Shown here: positions 18,372 through 27,544 of the stretch, one piece after another
Layout of the letters: every line of letters begins with the position of its first letter
Numbering within the stretch: the first letter of the stretch is position 1
IMG/VR virus record: IMGVR_UViG_3300010005_000037
Coordinates: 1 to 33,177 of that record
DNA: 33,177 nucleotides
From: a virus
Taxonomy: Duplodnaviria > Caudoviricetes
Direction: 5' to 3' (one strand)
Notes under the pieces: model-generated
The model's database searches: none
Seen by the model: the letters and a program-made list of their open reading frames with translations, nothing else
Told to the model about the DNA's origin: nothing
Translations under genes and position numbers: made by a program

Positions 18372-18997
18372 CAGCGAAGCCCTTCCGGCCGCCGACGGGA
18401 TGACGAACCACGGCTTTGCACCAGCCGCCCTGTCGGCGGATAGCGCGTGACCGCCTCATTCATGGCATCAGTGTTGGACGCCTTGTATTTGGCCTTGTCG
18501 CGAGCCTTTTCGAGCCGGTCTTTCCGATCGGCCGAACCGGTGACTTCCTCGCAGGTCGCGAAGGCAAGGCACGTTTCGACATAGTCCACGAACGTTTGCG
18601 GCCACAGTCCGAGGTCGAGCCCATAGTCTCCATCGTTCGACACGTAGCGAAGGTAGATGATGGAAATGTTGGCAAAGATGTAGCTGGCGCGGTCATCGTA
18701 ATCGAGCAGCGGCACCCTGCCATATCCGTCAGTTGTCACGCCGGCCGTGCGGATCCAGTCATCGGGCTTGTCGAAAACATACTGATAGCCGTAGTTGCTT
18801 CCAACCGAGGGCGAAGTCTCGAGTTGCACGAAGCGCATGGCGAAGTTCCAGAAGGCCGCTTCAAGGCATGCCTTCACGGTCTTCGCGTACTCGGCATCGA
18901 GCGCGCGGCGCGCCTTCCCCTCATCCGTGAGAGCGCTAAGACGCGGCTGACCAAGCTTGATCAGCGCGCCGTTATAAAGGGAAAGCTGGTCCGTCAT
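18371..18997 (-). CDS. Tail tubular protein A (adaptor/gatekeeper)
   Basis: NGALIKLG, WNFA, Y.F.KP.D.IR motifs. 208 aa, upstream of tubular B. Confidence 0.85.
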   Translation of the reverse strand: MTDQLSLYNGALIKLGQPRLSALTDEGKARRALDAEYAKTVKACLEAAFWNFAMRFVQLETSPSVGSNYGYQYVFDKPDDWIRTAGVTTDGYGRVPLLDYDDRASYIFANISIIYLRYVSNDGDYGLDLGLWPQTFVDYVETCLAFATCEEVTGSADRKDRLEKARDKAKYKASNTDAMNEAVTRYPPTGRLVQSRGSSSRRRPEGLR

Positions 18998-19001
18998 CGG
19001 A

Positions 19002-19430
19002 TCAGGCCGCCTTTACGTGTTCCGCGATCCAGGCCGCGCCGGCTTCCTTGGAATCCAGCATTTCAGCGACCACCGCCTTGTCCTTGGAGCGGATGACACG
19101 CCAGCCGCCATTTGGGCCGCCCCAGCGCACTTCATGCTCCGAAGGCTTGGCCAGGCTGTTTTCGTTCGTGAGGGTCGTAGGACCGACGATATAGGCCACG
19201 CGAGCGCCACCAGCGGCGCCCTTGCCGAGTTCGAGGACCATGACTTCCCCAAACCATGCCTTGTCGAAGCCGACGACTTCAATTCGATCGTCAACGCGAA
19301 GCTGAGGACCGACATGGACCCAGAAGCCGGGGTCGAGCAGGTCTTCCGGCTCGGTGTTGGCATAGAGCGAGATGCGATGAACGTTGCGCTTGCTTTCGGC
19401 CAGCGCGAGGCCATTGACGTTGAGCGGCAT
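19002..19430 (-). CDS. Hypothetical phage protein (142 aa)
   Basis: Start reassigned to ATG 19430 with GAAGGAG RBS. Confidence 0.7.
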   Translation of the reverse strand: MPLNVNGLALAESKRNVHRISLYANTEPEDLLDPGFWVHVGPQLRVDDRIEVVGFDKAWFGEVMVLELGKGAAGGARVAYIVGPTTLTNENSLAKPSEHEVRWGGPNGGWRVIRSKDKAVVAEMLDSKEAGAAWIAEHVKAA

Positions 19431-19446
19431 GACGAAGAGGTCTCCT

Positions 19447-19827
19447 TCAGGTGAAATTGCCGGTGGCGATGACGGACACGCCGGCACCGGTGGTAATCTT
19501 CCAGGCGCCGGCCAGCGAGCGGAGGTTGAGCAGGATGGTGTAGGTGCCGACCCCGCCGCCCGGACTGTTCGGCAGGACGGTAATCGCCGAGCCCGCACCA
19601 TCCTTGATTTGGACTTGTGCCGTGGCGGCGGTGGCGACGACGCACACGAGCGAGGCGAGTACGTCACCAATGGCGCCGGTGGTGCCCATCACCTGGTCAG
19701 TCTGGGAAGCAGCGACGGTTTCGAACTCGCCATTGCTTGAAATCTTGCCGTCCGGGTCTACGAGGATAACCGGAGTGGATTTTGTGGAACCGGGATCGCC
19801 GGCCACGATCGGGATTGCTTCGGCCAT
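19447..19827 (-). CDS. Hypothetical structural protein (possible head decoration)
   Basis: AAGGA RBS; small, beta-rich, Gly/Thr/Ala-rich; downstream of the capsid genes. Confidence 0.6.
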   Translation of the reverse strand: MAEAIPIVAGDPGSTKSTPVILVDPDGKISSNGEFETVAASQTDQVMGTTGAIGDVLASLVCVVATAATAQVQIKDGAGSAITVLPNSPGGGVGTYTILLNLRSLAGAWKITTGAGVSVIATGNFT

Positions 19828-19844
19828 GGCCGCGTCCTTTCAAT

Positions 19845-19880
19845 GAAAAGAGGAAGGGCGGGAGCCGAAGCGTCCCGCCC
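19845..19880 (-). terminator. Rho-independent terminator after the capsid genes
   Basis: GGGCGGGA-C-GC-TTCG-GC-TCCCGCCC stem with UUCG loop, followed by TTCCTCTTTTC. Confidence 0.75.
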
Positions 19881-19888
19881 GTATTGCC

Positions 19889-20164
19889 TCAGTCGGTGTC
19901 GGTGGTGCCGACAGCCAGACCGTCAGTCAGATCCACGCCCGAAGACGACGCGGCGTTGACGGTGTGGATGGTGGTCGCGTTCGAACTGTCGGTGTCGGTG
20001 ACAAAGACAATGTCGTTCGCGCGCATGCCGAGCTGCCAGCCGTTCGTGAAGTAGCCGGAGACGCGGACCAGCGAGGCCGCGTCGACGGATTCGTACTTCC
20101 AGAGACGGAAGCCGGCGATGCCCTGAGAGATCAGGACCGGAGGGTTTGCGGTGCTATAAGCCAT
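19889..20164 (-). CDS. Small capsid-associated (cement/decoration) protein
   Basis: AGGAGG RBS immediately after the capsid gene and before the terminator. Confidence 0.65.
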   Translation of the reverse strand: MAYSTANPPVLISQGIAGFRLWKYESVDAASLVRVSGYFTNGWQLGMRANDIVFVTDTDSSNATTIHTVNAASSSGVDLTDGLAVGTTDTD

Positions 20165-20178
20165 TGTTTCAGCCCTCC

Positions 20179-21021
20179 TTACTGGCCGACGATGGCAGAG
20201 CCATCATGGTTCATGACGACAACGCCGCTGTTCTGCAGCAGCTTCGAACCCATGAAGGCGGAGGCGCGAGCCCAGGAGTAACCCTGCTCTTCGTCATAGC
20301 CGACCTTGGATTCGAGGTTTTCCGTATCGGCCGCGTGGCCGATGGCGGACTTGTGGAAGAGGAACGCCTTTTCAGCGTTCGTGCCCACACCCGGAAGCGT
20401 CGGGTGCGTCAGCCAGTTGACGCCGGCCCAGCGCATGACGCGCTTGATCGGCCCACCGGCCAGCGGCTGCACGTCGACATAGTCGCGAGACGTGAAAGTC
20501 GCATCGCGCATGAAGTACGTGAGCATTGCGGGAGTGATGAGCCCCCACATGTTGTCGATTTCCTGGATAGGCACGGAGGCCAGGCCGAGGATGCCGATTG
20601 CCTTGGTGACGAGGGCAAGCGAACCGGTCACAGCGGCGCCGGTGTCGACGGTGCCGTTTGCCAGTTCCGTGATGATGTCCGCGTCAACCTTGCGGTTCAT
20701 CACGTTGAGCGACGTCTGCTGCATGATCTTCTTCTGATCGCCCTGGGAGGCGAAGATGTTGAAGTCGGTCTTGCGCACCAGATCGTGCCATTCCACCAGC
20801 GTTGCGGTGTTCTGGTTCAGGTTGTCGGCGCGAGCGGTGATGAGGCCGTTCACGCCGCGCGTGCGGGCTTCCGCGCCGCCACTGTCGGCCACGAGGAAGA
20901 TTGCTTCGTTGCCCTTGCGAACGAATTCCGTCGTGACGGCCATGCGCAGCGGGCTTTCACCGGCTTCGAAACCGGCGATGTATTCCTGTCGATACTGTTT
21001 CTGGAAAGCCGTGTCGGCCAT
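20179..21021 (-). CDS. Major capsid protein
   Basis: 280 aa after the scaffold. AF.KQY, NRKVDADII and FHKSAIGHA motifs. Strong RBS and highly biased codons. Confidence 0.88.
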   Translation of the reverse strand: MADTAFQKQYRQEYIAGFEAGESPLRMAVTTEFVRKGNEAIFLVADSGGAEARTRGVNGLITARADNLNQNTATLVEWHDLVRKTDFNIFASQGDQKKIMQQTSLNVMNRKVDADIITELANGTVDTGAAVTGSLALVTKAIGILGLASVPIQEIDNMWGLITPAMLTYFMRDATFTSRDYVDVQPLAGGPIKRVMRWAGVNWLTHPTLPGVGTNAEKAFLFHKSAIGHAADTENLESKVGYDEEQGYSWARASAFMGSKLLQNSGVVVMNHDGSAIVGQ

Positions 21022-21047
21022 GGTCCAGATTCCTTCTATTGAGGGAT

Positions 21048-21191
21048 CGGGAGCCGTAGGCAGGTTGTCCGCAGGCCAGTGTCGCGGGTTGTCCGGGTCT
21101 TACCGGAGCCGCTAAACCGCCCTTCGGCGCTGACTTCGTGCTGGTTTGGGTAGTGCCGCTATGGACGGAGCCGCTTGGCGGGTTGGCCGTC
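21048..21191 (-). ncRNA. Candidate structured cis-regulatory RNA in the scaffold-capsid intergenic region
   Basis: Three hairpins sharing the internal loop GG(A/C)CAACC / GGCUCC at 21164-21191, 21084-21112 and 21048-21071. Confidence 0.55.
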
Positions 21192-21204
21192 TTCGAGCGG
21201 GATA

Positions 21205-22194
21205 TCAGGCCTTGATCTTGTCGCGGGCCGTGATCAGTTGGCGATAGCGCTCTTGCGCCTTCGTGTCTTTGTGCCAGGCGTTGCGGTCATTCCGCATGCG
21301 CTTTTCCATGGATGCAATCTCTTCGTGCAGGCCTTCGAGCGATGAGCCGCCGGCCGGCACAACGGTTGCCATCGGGTTTTCAGCGACAGCCTTTTGAGCG
21401 AAGAAGCGCAGCACGTCCGGGTGATTGCCGATCTTCGTCCCGTCGGCCAGCCTGCCGCCCATGAGGTTGCTGAACAAGTCCGGGTTGACGCTCTCGAAAT
21501 AGGGCCGCATCGCAGCGAAGTTGCCGGCCATGTCGCCGCCCCACTCCGCTTTCAACGCTTGTTCCGCCTGCTTCTTGAACTCTGCATCCTTGGTTGCCTG
21601 CTGGAACTGCTGTTCCTCTTGCAAGGCGTAGTATTCATCGACCATTTCGGCCATGTCGCCGGGCGCTATGCCCTTCTTGATGGCACGCTCTGCGAAGGCC
21701 GCCACCATCGGCTTGTCTTCGTCGCCGATGACCCGCTTGTCCGGCAGGACGATGGCCTTGACGAAGTCATCGACCACTTCGGGAATGTTGTGCTCCTTGC
21801 GGTACGCCTTCCATTCGTCCTCCGTGGCCTTCTCGCCGGGCTTGCCCTTCGGCTTCAGCCCTTCCGAAATCTTGCGCTGTGCGGCCTCCTGGGCTTCGAG
21901 CAGAGCTTCAGGCGAGGTGAAGCGCTTGAGCATGGCGAGCTTCTTTTCGTCGCCCTTGGCCAGCTTGTCGCGCCAGTCCTTGCCCCATGGGCCTTCTTCT
22001 TCGGCAGGCGGTTCCTTGCCGGGTTCAGGGGTGGCGGCCGCTGGCGTCGCCGCGGCAGGCGCAGGAGTGGCAGCAGGAGCGGCTTTCGCCGGTTCGGCAG
22101 TCGCAGCGGCGGGAGCAGGCTTTCCCGCTTCAGCAGCACCCGGAGCGGGGTTTTCGGCCGGAGCCGCGCCCGCTGCTAGAGTGTCATCAGCCAT
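21205..22194 (-). CDS. Capsid scaffolding protein
   Basis: Ala/Pro-rich N-terminus and charged helical body (LKAEWG, NHPDVLRFF). Lies between portal and capsid. Confidence 0.8.
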   Translation of the reverse strand: MADDTLAAGAAPAENPAPGAAEAGKPAPAAATAEPAKAAPAATPAPAAATPAAATPEPGKEPPAEEEGPWGKDWRDKLAKGDEKKLAMLKRFTSPEALLEAQEAAQRKISEGLKPKGKPGEKATEDEWKAYRKEHNIPEVVDDFVKAIVLPDKRVIGDEDKPMVAAFAERAIKKGIAPGDMAEMVDEYYALQEEQQFQQATKDAEFKKQAEQALKAEWGGDMAGNFAAMRPYFESVNPDLFSNLMGGRLADGTKIGNHPDVLRFFAQKAVAENPMATVVPAGGSSLEGLHEEIASMEKRMRNDRNAWHKDTKAQERYRQLITARDKIKA

Positions 22195-22495
22195 CAGTTG
22201 TTCCTTTCGGTTTCGTCAGCAAATGGATTGGCGTGTTGACCAGTTTCAGGATCTGGTTTCCGACGTTGCGCCGGCCGGTCAGGTGGTGACCGACATCAGG
22301 TTGCCCCGGCACGAACATTTCTTCGTATGTCATCGCCGCTTTGTGGACGATCCAGGCGATTGCGCGCTTCTGTTGCGCCGCTGAGGCATTGCCGGCAGCG
22401 ACCGCCTTGATGGCCTCCACATCGAGGTCATCATACGCGGCAGGCGCCATCGGCCCGACACGCGGGGTGCTCTTCCTTGGGGCGTGCTGGGTCAT
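22187..22495 (-). CDS. Small conserved head-module protein (Bbp19-like position)
   Basis: GRRNVG.QI motif. Between portal and scaffold, with overlapping start/stop codons. Confidence 0.6.
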   Translation of the reverse strand: MTQHAPRKSTPRVGPMAPAAYDDLDVEAIKAVAAGNASAAQQKRAIAWIVHKAAMTYEEMFVPGQPDVGHHLTGRRNVGNQILKLVNTPIHLLTKPKGTTDG

Positions 22496-24129
22496 GCAGC
22501 CTGCTGCAGAGCCTTGACCATCGGCGCGGCCTTGCCGGCGACTTCAGCGGCGCCACCGACGGTTTGCGCCGTGGCCTGGGCCTTCGCCTCATCCGCCATC
22601 TGTTGAGCAGCGGCGGCAAGCATCTTGTCGTCGTTGAGCCATTCTTCCGGCCAGCCAGTGCGGCGCAGCAGGTCCTTGGCAATCGCCATCGCGTTCGGGA
22701 GCTTGGCAACGGTCGGGTCGAGTGAGGCGGCTTCCTTGACGACGCCAAGGCCTTCCATGAGCTTTTGCTGCATGCCTTCGTCCTCCAGGTCTTTGATCGG
22801 CGACTTGAAGGAAAACTCGACACCGGAGCCCTTGAGCGAATCCGGTATTTCATTGGCCGGGAAGGCGCCGAGCGAGCGCATCACCTTGAAGGTCTCTGAG
22901 CAAAGCGGCTCCGAGTATTCGATTTCCACAGGCTCGAACATCGGAATGTGAGCCCGCATCTGCTGTTCGATGACCTTGCGCACTTGGTACGCGGTCATGT
23001 TCGACGTGTCAGGGATCGATACCTTGTCCGTCATCATGCCCATGCGGATGGTCTGGTCGAGCCGGTCCGACATGTTTTGCCCGGCAGGCAGGCCGGTAAA
23101 GTCCAGCGGCAGAGGCCGCAGCGCATCGCCGAGGCGTTCGTCATATTCACGATCGAGCCAGGTGATGCCACCAGCTCCGAGGCCGATATCGGAGCGGATG
23201 ACGTCCATGGTGGCAATCATCGGCGGGTCGATCGCCTTTTCACCGGCTTCGAGCAGGATGCGTTCAATGGCCTGCTGCGTGCGGCTGTCCGGCAGGATGA
23301 TGGAGGTGAACACCGAGCGGGCATATTGCGTGCCTGAGACGGTAGGACCGCGAGGCACGACATAGCCGCGATAGGTGCGGCCGATGTTCTCCAAGACCTC
23401 CCCTTCACAGTCGGGCAGTACCCACAGCGAAATGAAATCCTGCCCAGCCCGGACCGGGATGCCGGTGTCATACGAACCAGACGGCACCACGACATGGCGA
23501 GCCGTGATTTTCTTGTACGGGTCTTTCTCGGCATCCCGCGCCAGCGCTTCAGGTACCTTGCCCGGGAAAAGCTGGATAAGCTGGGTGATGGTCGGCTTGC
23601 AGTTGCGGTGAACGTCAGAGACCGAGCCGGCATAGTCTTCCGACCACGCGCAGTCGCGCAGATGCCAGTTGCGATAGAACAGGTTGCGCCGATCGGTCGT
23701 GGGCGTCACCTCAATGACGGCCTGCCCGAACGTCAAATGATCGTGGTCGCCTGCTTCGGTTGCCCGAGTGAAGCCCGCGCCCTGCCGATACATGACGGCG
23801 CGCTGCATCGTCGTGGCATACTCAAGCCAGGCTCGAGCATCAGGCAGCTTGTTGCGAGCCTCATCAAGGGATTTTACCTCGAAGAAGTCCGCAGGCCGCA
23901 GCATGGTCCTGTAAAGGTCCGCCATGTCCCTACGGTAGATGGCGGCACGAGACGAGAACGAACCGGCAGCATAGTCAGAACCGATGTTGAGCGGCCCGGT
24001 GAAGTCGGCCCGGTCATAATAGAAATGCTCGGCCAACTCCTGCCAGTGCGACAGCAGCGGCGTCTTCTCGCTGAAAAGCCGATTGCCGTTGTCGACAATC
24101 GTCTGGACTGCTGCGTTTGTCGCGGTCAC
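22492..24129 (-). CDS. Portal protein (head-to-tail connector)
   Basis: 545 aa. WQELAEHF, AIDPPM and MTAYQV motifs of podoviral connectors. Confidence 0.9.
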   Translation of the reverse strand: MTATNAAVQTIVDNGNRLFSEKTPLLSHWQELAEHFYYDRADFTGPLNIGSDYAAGSFSSRAAIYRRDMADLYRTMLRPADFFEVKSLDEARNKLPDARAWLEYATTMQRAVMYRQGAGFTRATEAGDHDHLTFGQAVIEVTPTTDRRNLFYRNWHLRDCAWSEDYAGSVSDVHRNCKPTITQLIQLFPGKVPEALARDAEKDPYKKITARHVVVPSGSYDTGIPVRAGQDFISLWVLPDCEGEVLENIGRTYRGYVVPRGPTVSGTQYARSVFTSIILPDSRTQQAIERILLEAGEKAIDPPMIATMDVIRSDIGLGAGGITWLDREYDERLGDALRPLPLDFTGLPAGQNMSDRLDQTIRMGMMTDKVSIPDTSNMTAYQVRKVIEQQMRAHIPMFEPVEIEYSEPLCSETFKVMRSLGAFPANEIPDSLKGSGVEFSFKSPIKDLEDEGMQQKLMEGLGVVKEAASLDPTVAKLPNAMAIAKDLLRRTGWPEEWLNDDKMLAAAAQQMADEAKAQATAQTVGGAAEVAGKAAPMVKALQQAA

Positions 24130-24132
24130 TGA

Positions 24133-24318
24133 TCAGGCACCCAGCTTGCCGACGGAGCCGGTCAGGTTGTCGGACATGATGGTCGAATCCCGGCCACCAC
24201 GAGCGCGCATTTCGGCGAGCTGCTTGCGCTTCTCTGCCTGGACGGCAGGGTCTTGAGCGTCGGGCATGCGCGCCACCGGCTCGACAGCAGGCGTCTTGGG
24301 TTTGAACAGTCCGGCCAT
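24133..24318 (-). CDS. Small hypothetical protein preceding the portal
   Basis: AAGGA RBS; GRDSTI..D....LG ending typical of small pre-portal podoviral proteins. Confidence 0.65.
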   Translation of the reverse strand: MAGLFKPKTPAVEPVARMPDAQDPAVQAEKRKQLAEMRARGGRDSTIMSDNLTGSVGKLGA

Positions 24319-24330
24319 GAGATTATCCTT

Positions 24331-24561
24331 TCAGATGACGAGGGCGAGGAAAGCGGCGGCGACGGTTGCCCAGGACAGCAGCGCCACCCCGACATGAGCC
24401 ATTGCCATGCCGATCGAGCCAGGCGCGGCGCCCAACTCTTCGGCCAGGAATGCAAGCGCGCATGTGATGGCAGCAAGGCCCCATGCCCACGGCTTGTCAT
24501 TGACGAGGCCAGCCGCGGCGATGATCAGCACCAGCGCGAGGCCGGCAGTGTTCTTGTCCAT
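24331..24561 (-). CDS. Small three-TM membrane protein
   Basis: GAGG RBS; 76 aa, almost entirely hydrophobic. Confidence 0.6.
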   Translation of the reverse strand: MDKNTAGLALVLIIAAAGLVNDKPWAWGLAAITCALAFLAEELGAAPGSIGMAMAHVGVALLSWATVAAAFLALVI

Positions 24562-24571
24562 GGTCGCTGCC

Positions 24572-24802
24572 TCAGTTGTTCAGTTCGTAGGCGAGCCCGA
24601 CAGCATCGAGCGAGCGGCCGTTGAGCCCGTAGACCAGCGACACGACGCCGTTGCCGCGTTCCGTCCGCAGAAGCCCGAAGCGAGCCTCGCCGAATGCCTT
24701 GGCCGCCGCATCGAGTGAGGCTTTCGCCTGCTTGACGGTGATAGCGCCGCGTGGCGCATCCTTCTTGGGGTTCGGCACCTTGATCGTGTCTTCGAATGTC
24801 AT
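24572..24802 (-). CDS. Hypothetical protein
   Basis: ATGA overlap with the terL stop. Confidence 0.6.
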   Translation of the reverse strand: MTFEDTIKVPNPKKDAPRGAITVKQAKASLDAAAKAFGEARFGLLRTERGNGVVSLVYGLNGRSLDAVGLAYELNN

Positions 24803-26364
24803 CGTCTGCCTACCTTCTGTTGCGCATAGCCGACCTTCACTTGCGGCAGTCGGCCGCCGAGAGCCGCTTCATGCATCTTGCGGATGGCCAGCTTCTCGCC
24901 TTCCGACCAACTCATGATGGTTGCGTCGCCATCGTCAGGCGAACGCCCGATTCGCTTGCGGATTTCTTCCTTGCTTTCGATCTGGATCAGGCCGGCACCC
25001 ACCGGCTTCCAGCGATAGGCCACGAGGTCTGCAACCAGCATCGGGTCAGGTGGCAGCGCGACAGGCGAGCCGCCTTCTTGCCCTGGGTCCAGAGCCTCAC
25101 GGAATCGCCAGATTGCTTCAGCCCGCTTGTTGATGAAGCCCAGCGCCTTATCGACCGTGCGCGCCGTTGACCCATGGGCGGCATTGAAGCCAGCCACAGG
25201 GACGCCGTTGTCTTTCAGGAACCGCATCGCGTCGCCGCCGTAGCCGCCGCCCACGTCAATGATGACCACGCAGCCATCGCGCCGGATCTTGAACACCTCG
25301 GCACCGATGCTTGGCCCGTCCGGAGTGTCCTTTCCTGGTTTGCGGACCAACGGCGCGAACCATGTGCCGTATCGAGAGGCGAACGAGGACTTGTCTATGC
25401 CGCCCTGTGCCACGTCGACGCCCACAGCCGTCATCTTCAGGCCCTTGAACCCGTCCGACGTCCAGCGCCCTTGCGCTTGGCGTATCCAGTCGGAAGGGAT
25501 CACCTGCCACAGGTCATCTTGCGCACCGATGTCGAAGCGCCCTTCCCTCAGCATCGTGCGATAAGGTTCCGGCATCGCTTCGATGGTCGACGCATAGCCG
25601 CTTTCGGCCAGGTCTGGATTGTCTTCCAGCATCGAGGCAATGAAGGTGCGAGACCGTGGCCGCTCCCCTTTCGGGCCGACATAGTCGCGATCGACTTCCG
25701 TGTCTTCGCCGTCGATGGTGGTGTACCAGCGCAGTTCGCCGGGCTTGGCAGGGTTCGGGTGCGTCGGATCGAGCCACGGACCCCAACGGCGAATGACCCA
25801 TTGCCCTTCTGCAGTTGATGGCGGGTTGCCGGTCGCGAGAGTGCGGCAGCGCTGTTTCGGATTGGCCGAGCGATTCCACCCGATGATGTAGGTGTATTGC
25901 GTCTCGGTGAACTGCGTTATCTCATCGAAGGCTTTCAGGTCATGCGCGACGCCCTGATAGTCCTCCTTGTTGCCCTCATGCTCGCAGTGGCCCAGGTCGA
26001 TGACGCCGCGCGAATGGCGCCATGTGCCCGCCTGTTCGTTGAAGCCGTCCCGAGTGCCGAGCAGGCCTTGCAGCTCACGCTTGACGCCTTTGAGGTTCTT
26101 CCCGACCCGGCGAAGGATCAGGGAATGCTCATGCTCATTGAGCGCGAGCAGGCAAATCAGGAACGTCTTCCCGCCGCCGGCCGAGCCTCCGTAGAAGGTT
26201 TCGTCGGCCTCGCTGAAATAGGCTTCCGTTTGAGGCCCGGGGTTCGGCAGAGCCGTCTTCTTGCCCGCCAGCGTCTGCGCCTGGTCGACAATGGCCTTCT
26301 GCTCTTCAGGTGGCAGCGCCTGATAAGCCCGCAGGATATCGTCTAGCGTCTGGCCGACTGTCAC
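24799..26364 (-). CDS. terL: Terminase large subunit
   Basis: Walker A GGSAGGGKT, Walker B AFDEITQF, ATGNPP coupling motif, nuclease GVDVA and SPDDGDA. Confidence 0.95.
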   Translation of the reverse strand: MTVGQTLDDILRAYQALPPEEQKAIVDQAQTLAGKKTALPNPGPQTEAYFSEADETFYGGSAGGGKTFLICLLALNEHEHSLILRRVGKNLKGVKRELQGLLGTRDGFNEQAGTWRHSRGVIDLGHCEHEGNKEDYQGVAHDLKAFDEITQFTETQYTYIIGWNRSANPKQRCRTLATGNPPSTAEGQWVIRRWGPWLDPTHPNPAKPGELRWYTTIDGEDTEVDRDYVGPKGERPRSRTFIASMLEDNPDLAESGYASTIEAMPEPYRTMLREGRFDIGAQDDLWQVIPSDWIRQAQGRWTSDGFKGLKMTAVGVDVAQGGIDKSSFASRYGTWFAPLVRKPGKDTPDGPSIGAEVFKIRRDGCVVIIDVGGGYGGDAMRFLKDNGVPVAGFNAAHGSTARTVDKALGFINKRAEAIWRFREALDPGQEGGSPVALPPDPMLVADLVAYRWKPVGAGLIQIESKEEIRKRIGRSPDDGDATIMSWSEGEKLAIRKMHEAALGGRLPQVKVGYAQQKVGRR

Positions 26365-26939
26365 TTCGCGGCCTGCTGCCCCTTGGCGAGCGCAAAGGCG
26401 ATGAGGCGAGCCAGTCCGCGCCCCGTCTCTTCCGACACCAGCGGCGAGCCGTCAGGGTTTTCGTGTGACACACGCTCCCGGAAGGCTTGGACGTTGACGT
26501 GGCGGCCGATCAGTTCGAGGCGCTTGACCCTGTCCGAGAGGCGCAGCTTGCGCACCATGCCGACGGCTTCACGCTTCCCGTCGACCACCTCGAATTCCTG
26601 CACTGTGTCGATGCCGGCGACGAGGCCAGTGCGCCAGACCTTGGGCCATTCCTTCATCGGCTTCAGGTTGCCGGCATCGTCGTAGAGGTCCGAGACGTCG
26701 GCGGTTGCCTCTTCGGCCAGGCGCGTCAGCAGCCATTCGCTGTCGATCTTGGTCTTTTCCGACCGCGCCTTGAGGCCGGCCGCTAAGGCCTCGCCGATGT
26801 CAGCATTTGCAAGCAGGCGAGCGCCTTCCGTGCGGGCGCCGCTTTCGGCATATCCTGCCCGGATCGCGGCCTGTGTGGCGTTCAGGTCGAGGAGGTATTC
26901 ATCCACGAACCGCGCCTGCTTGGCAGTCAGTTCAGCCAA
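26361..26939 (-). CDS. terS: Terminase small subunit
   Basis: LTAKQARFVDEYLLDLNATQAAIRAGY signature. Probable TTG start at 26939. Confidence 0.9.
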   Translation of the reverse strand: MAELTAKQARFVDEYLLDLNATQAAIRAGYAESGARTEGARLLANADIGEALAAGLKARSEKTKIDSEWLLTRLAEEATADVSDLYDDAGNLKPMKEWPKVWRTGLVAGIDTVQEFEVVDGKREAVGMVRKLRLSDRVKRLELIGRHVNVQAFRERVSHENPDGSPLVSEETGRGLARLIAFALAKGQQAAK

Positions 26940-26964
26940 AGGTTTTCGTATCCACAAATAGTTG

Positions 26965-26999
26965 TTGATGGCATAGAGGTTTCCGTGTATACAGAAACC
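26965..26999 (+). promoter_or_regulatory. brnTA promoter/operator; probably a leaderless transcript
   Basis: TTGATG-17 nt-TATACA, then 6 nt to ATG 27000. TGTATACA palindrome flanked by GGTTTC/GAAACC. Confidence 0.65.
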
Positions 27000-27248
27000 A
27001 TGATGATCGTTTGGGACGAACCGAAGCGCCTGACCACCCTTGATAAGCATGGGCTGGACTTCGCGTCCTTGGATGAGGCGTTCTTCCTGAACGCGGTCAT
27101 CATCCCCGCCAAGGCGAACCGGTACTTTGCGATTGGTCGGCTGGCGTACAACACCGTCGTTGTCGTGTTCGCCTACCTCGGGACCGAAGGTCTTTCGGTC
27201 ATCACCATGAGGCGGGCGAACGCCAAGGAAAGGAAGCTCGTAGAATGA
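27000..27248 (+). CDS. brnT: BrnT-family toxin (ribonuclease)
   Basis: WDEPKR...KHGLDF, R...IG, VITMRRANAKERK. Confidence 0.9.
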   Translation: MMIVWDEPKRLTTLDKHGLDFASLDEAFFLNAVIIPAKANRYFAIGRLAYNTVVVVFAYLGTEGLSVITMRRANAKERKLVE

Positions 27249-27544
27249 TCCGCAAGAAGAAGAATTTTGAGCCCGGTCGCGGCTACACCAAAGAGGACTG
27301 GCACGAGGCCGATATCCCAGCGCTCACGGATGAGCAGCTTGCGCAGGCGAAGCCGTTTGCCGAGGTGTTCCCCGATCTGGCCGCGAAGATGGAAAAGAAC
27401 GTCGGCGGGCGCCCGCCCTTGGAGAAGCCGAAGAAGGCCATCAATATCCGGCTCGACCAAGACGTCATCGAGAAGTTTCGCCGCACCGGTCCAGGCTGGC
27501 AGAGCCGCATCAACGAGGCGTTGAAGGCCGCGAAGGTCGGTTGA
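27245..27544 (+). CDS. brnA: BrnA-family antitoxin
   Basis: GRP...K..INIRLDQDV.E.FR.TGPGWQSRINEAL. ATGA overlap with the toxin. Confidence 0.92.
   Translation: MIRKKKNFEPGRGYTKEDWHEADIPALTDEQLAQAKPFAEVFPDLAAKMEKNVGGRPPLEKPKKAINIRLDQDVIEKFRRTGPGWQSRINEALKAAKVG

Noticed and set aside
22020-22180. Ala/Pro-rich repeats at the scaffold N-terminus as a DNA repeat or CRISPR-like array
   Set aside because: Low-complexity coding sequence. No constant repeat-spacer structure and no cas genes in the window.
26940-27050. N-terminal extension of TerS in the ORF track (start 27050)
   Set aside because: Overlaps brnT and its promoter on the other strand; the TerS signature begins at TTG 26939.
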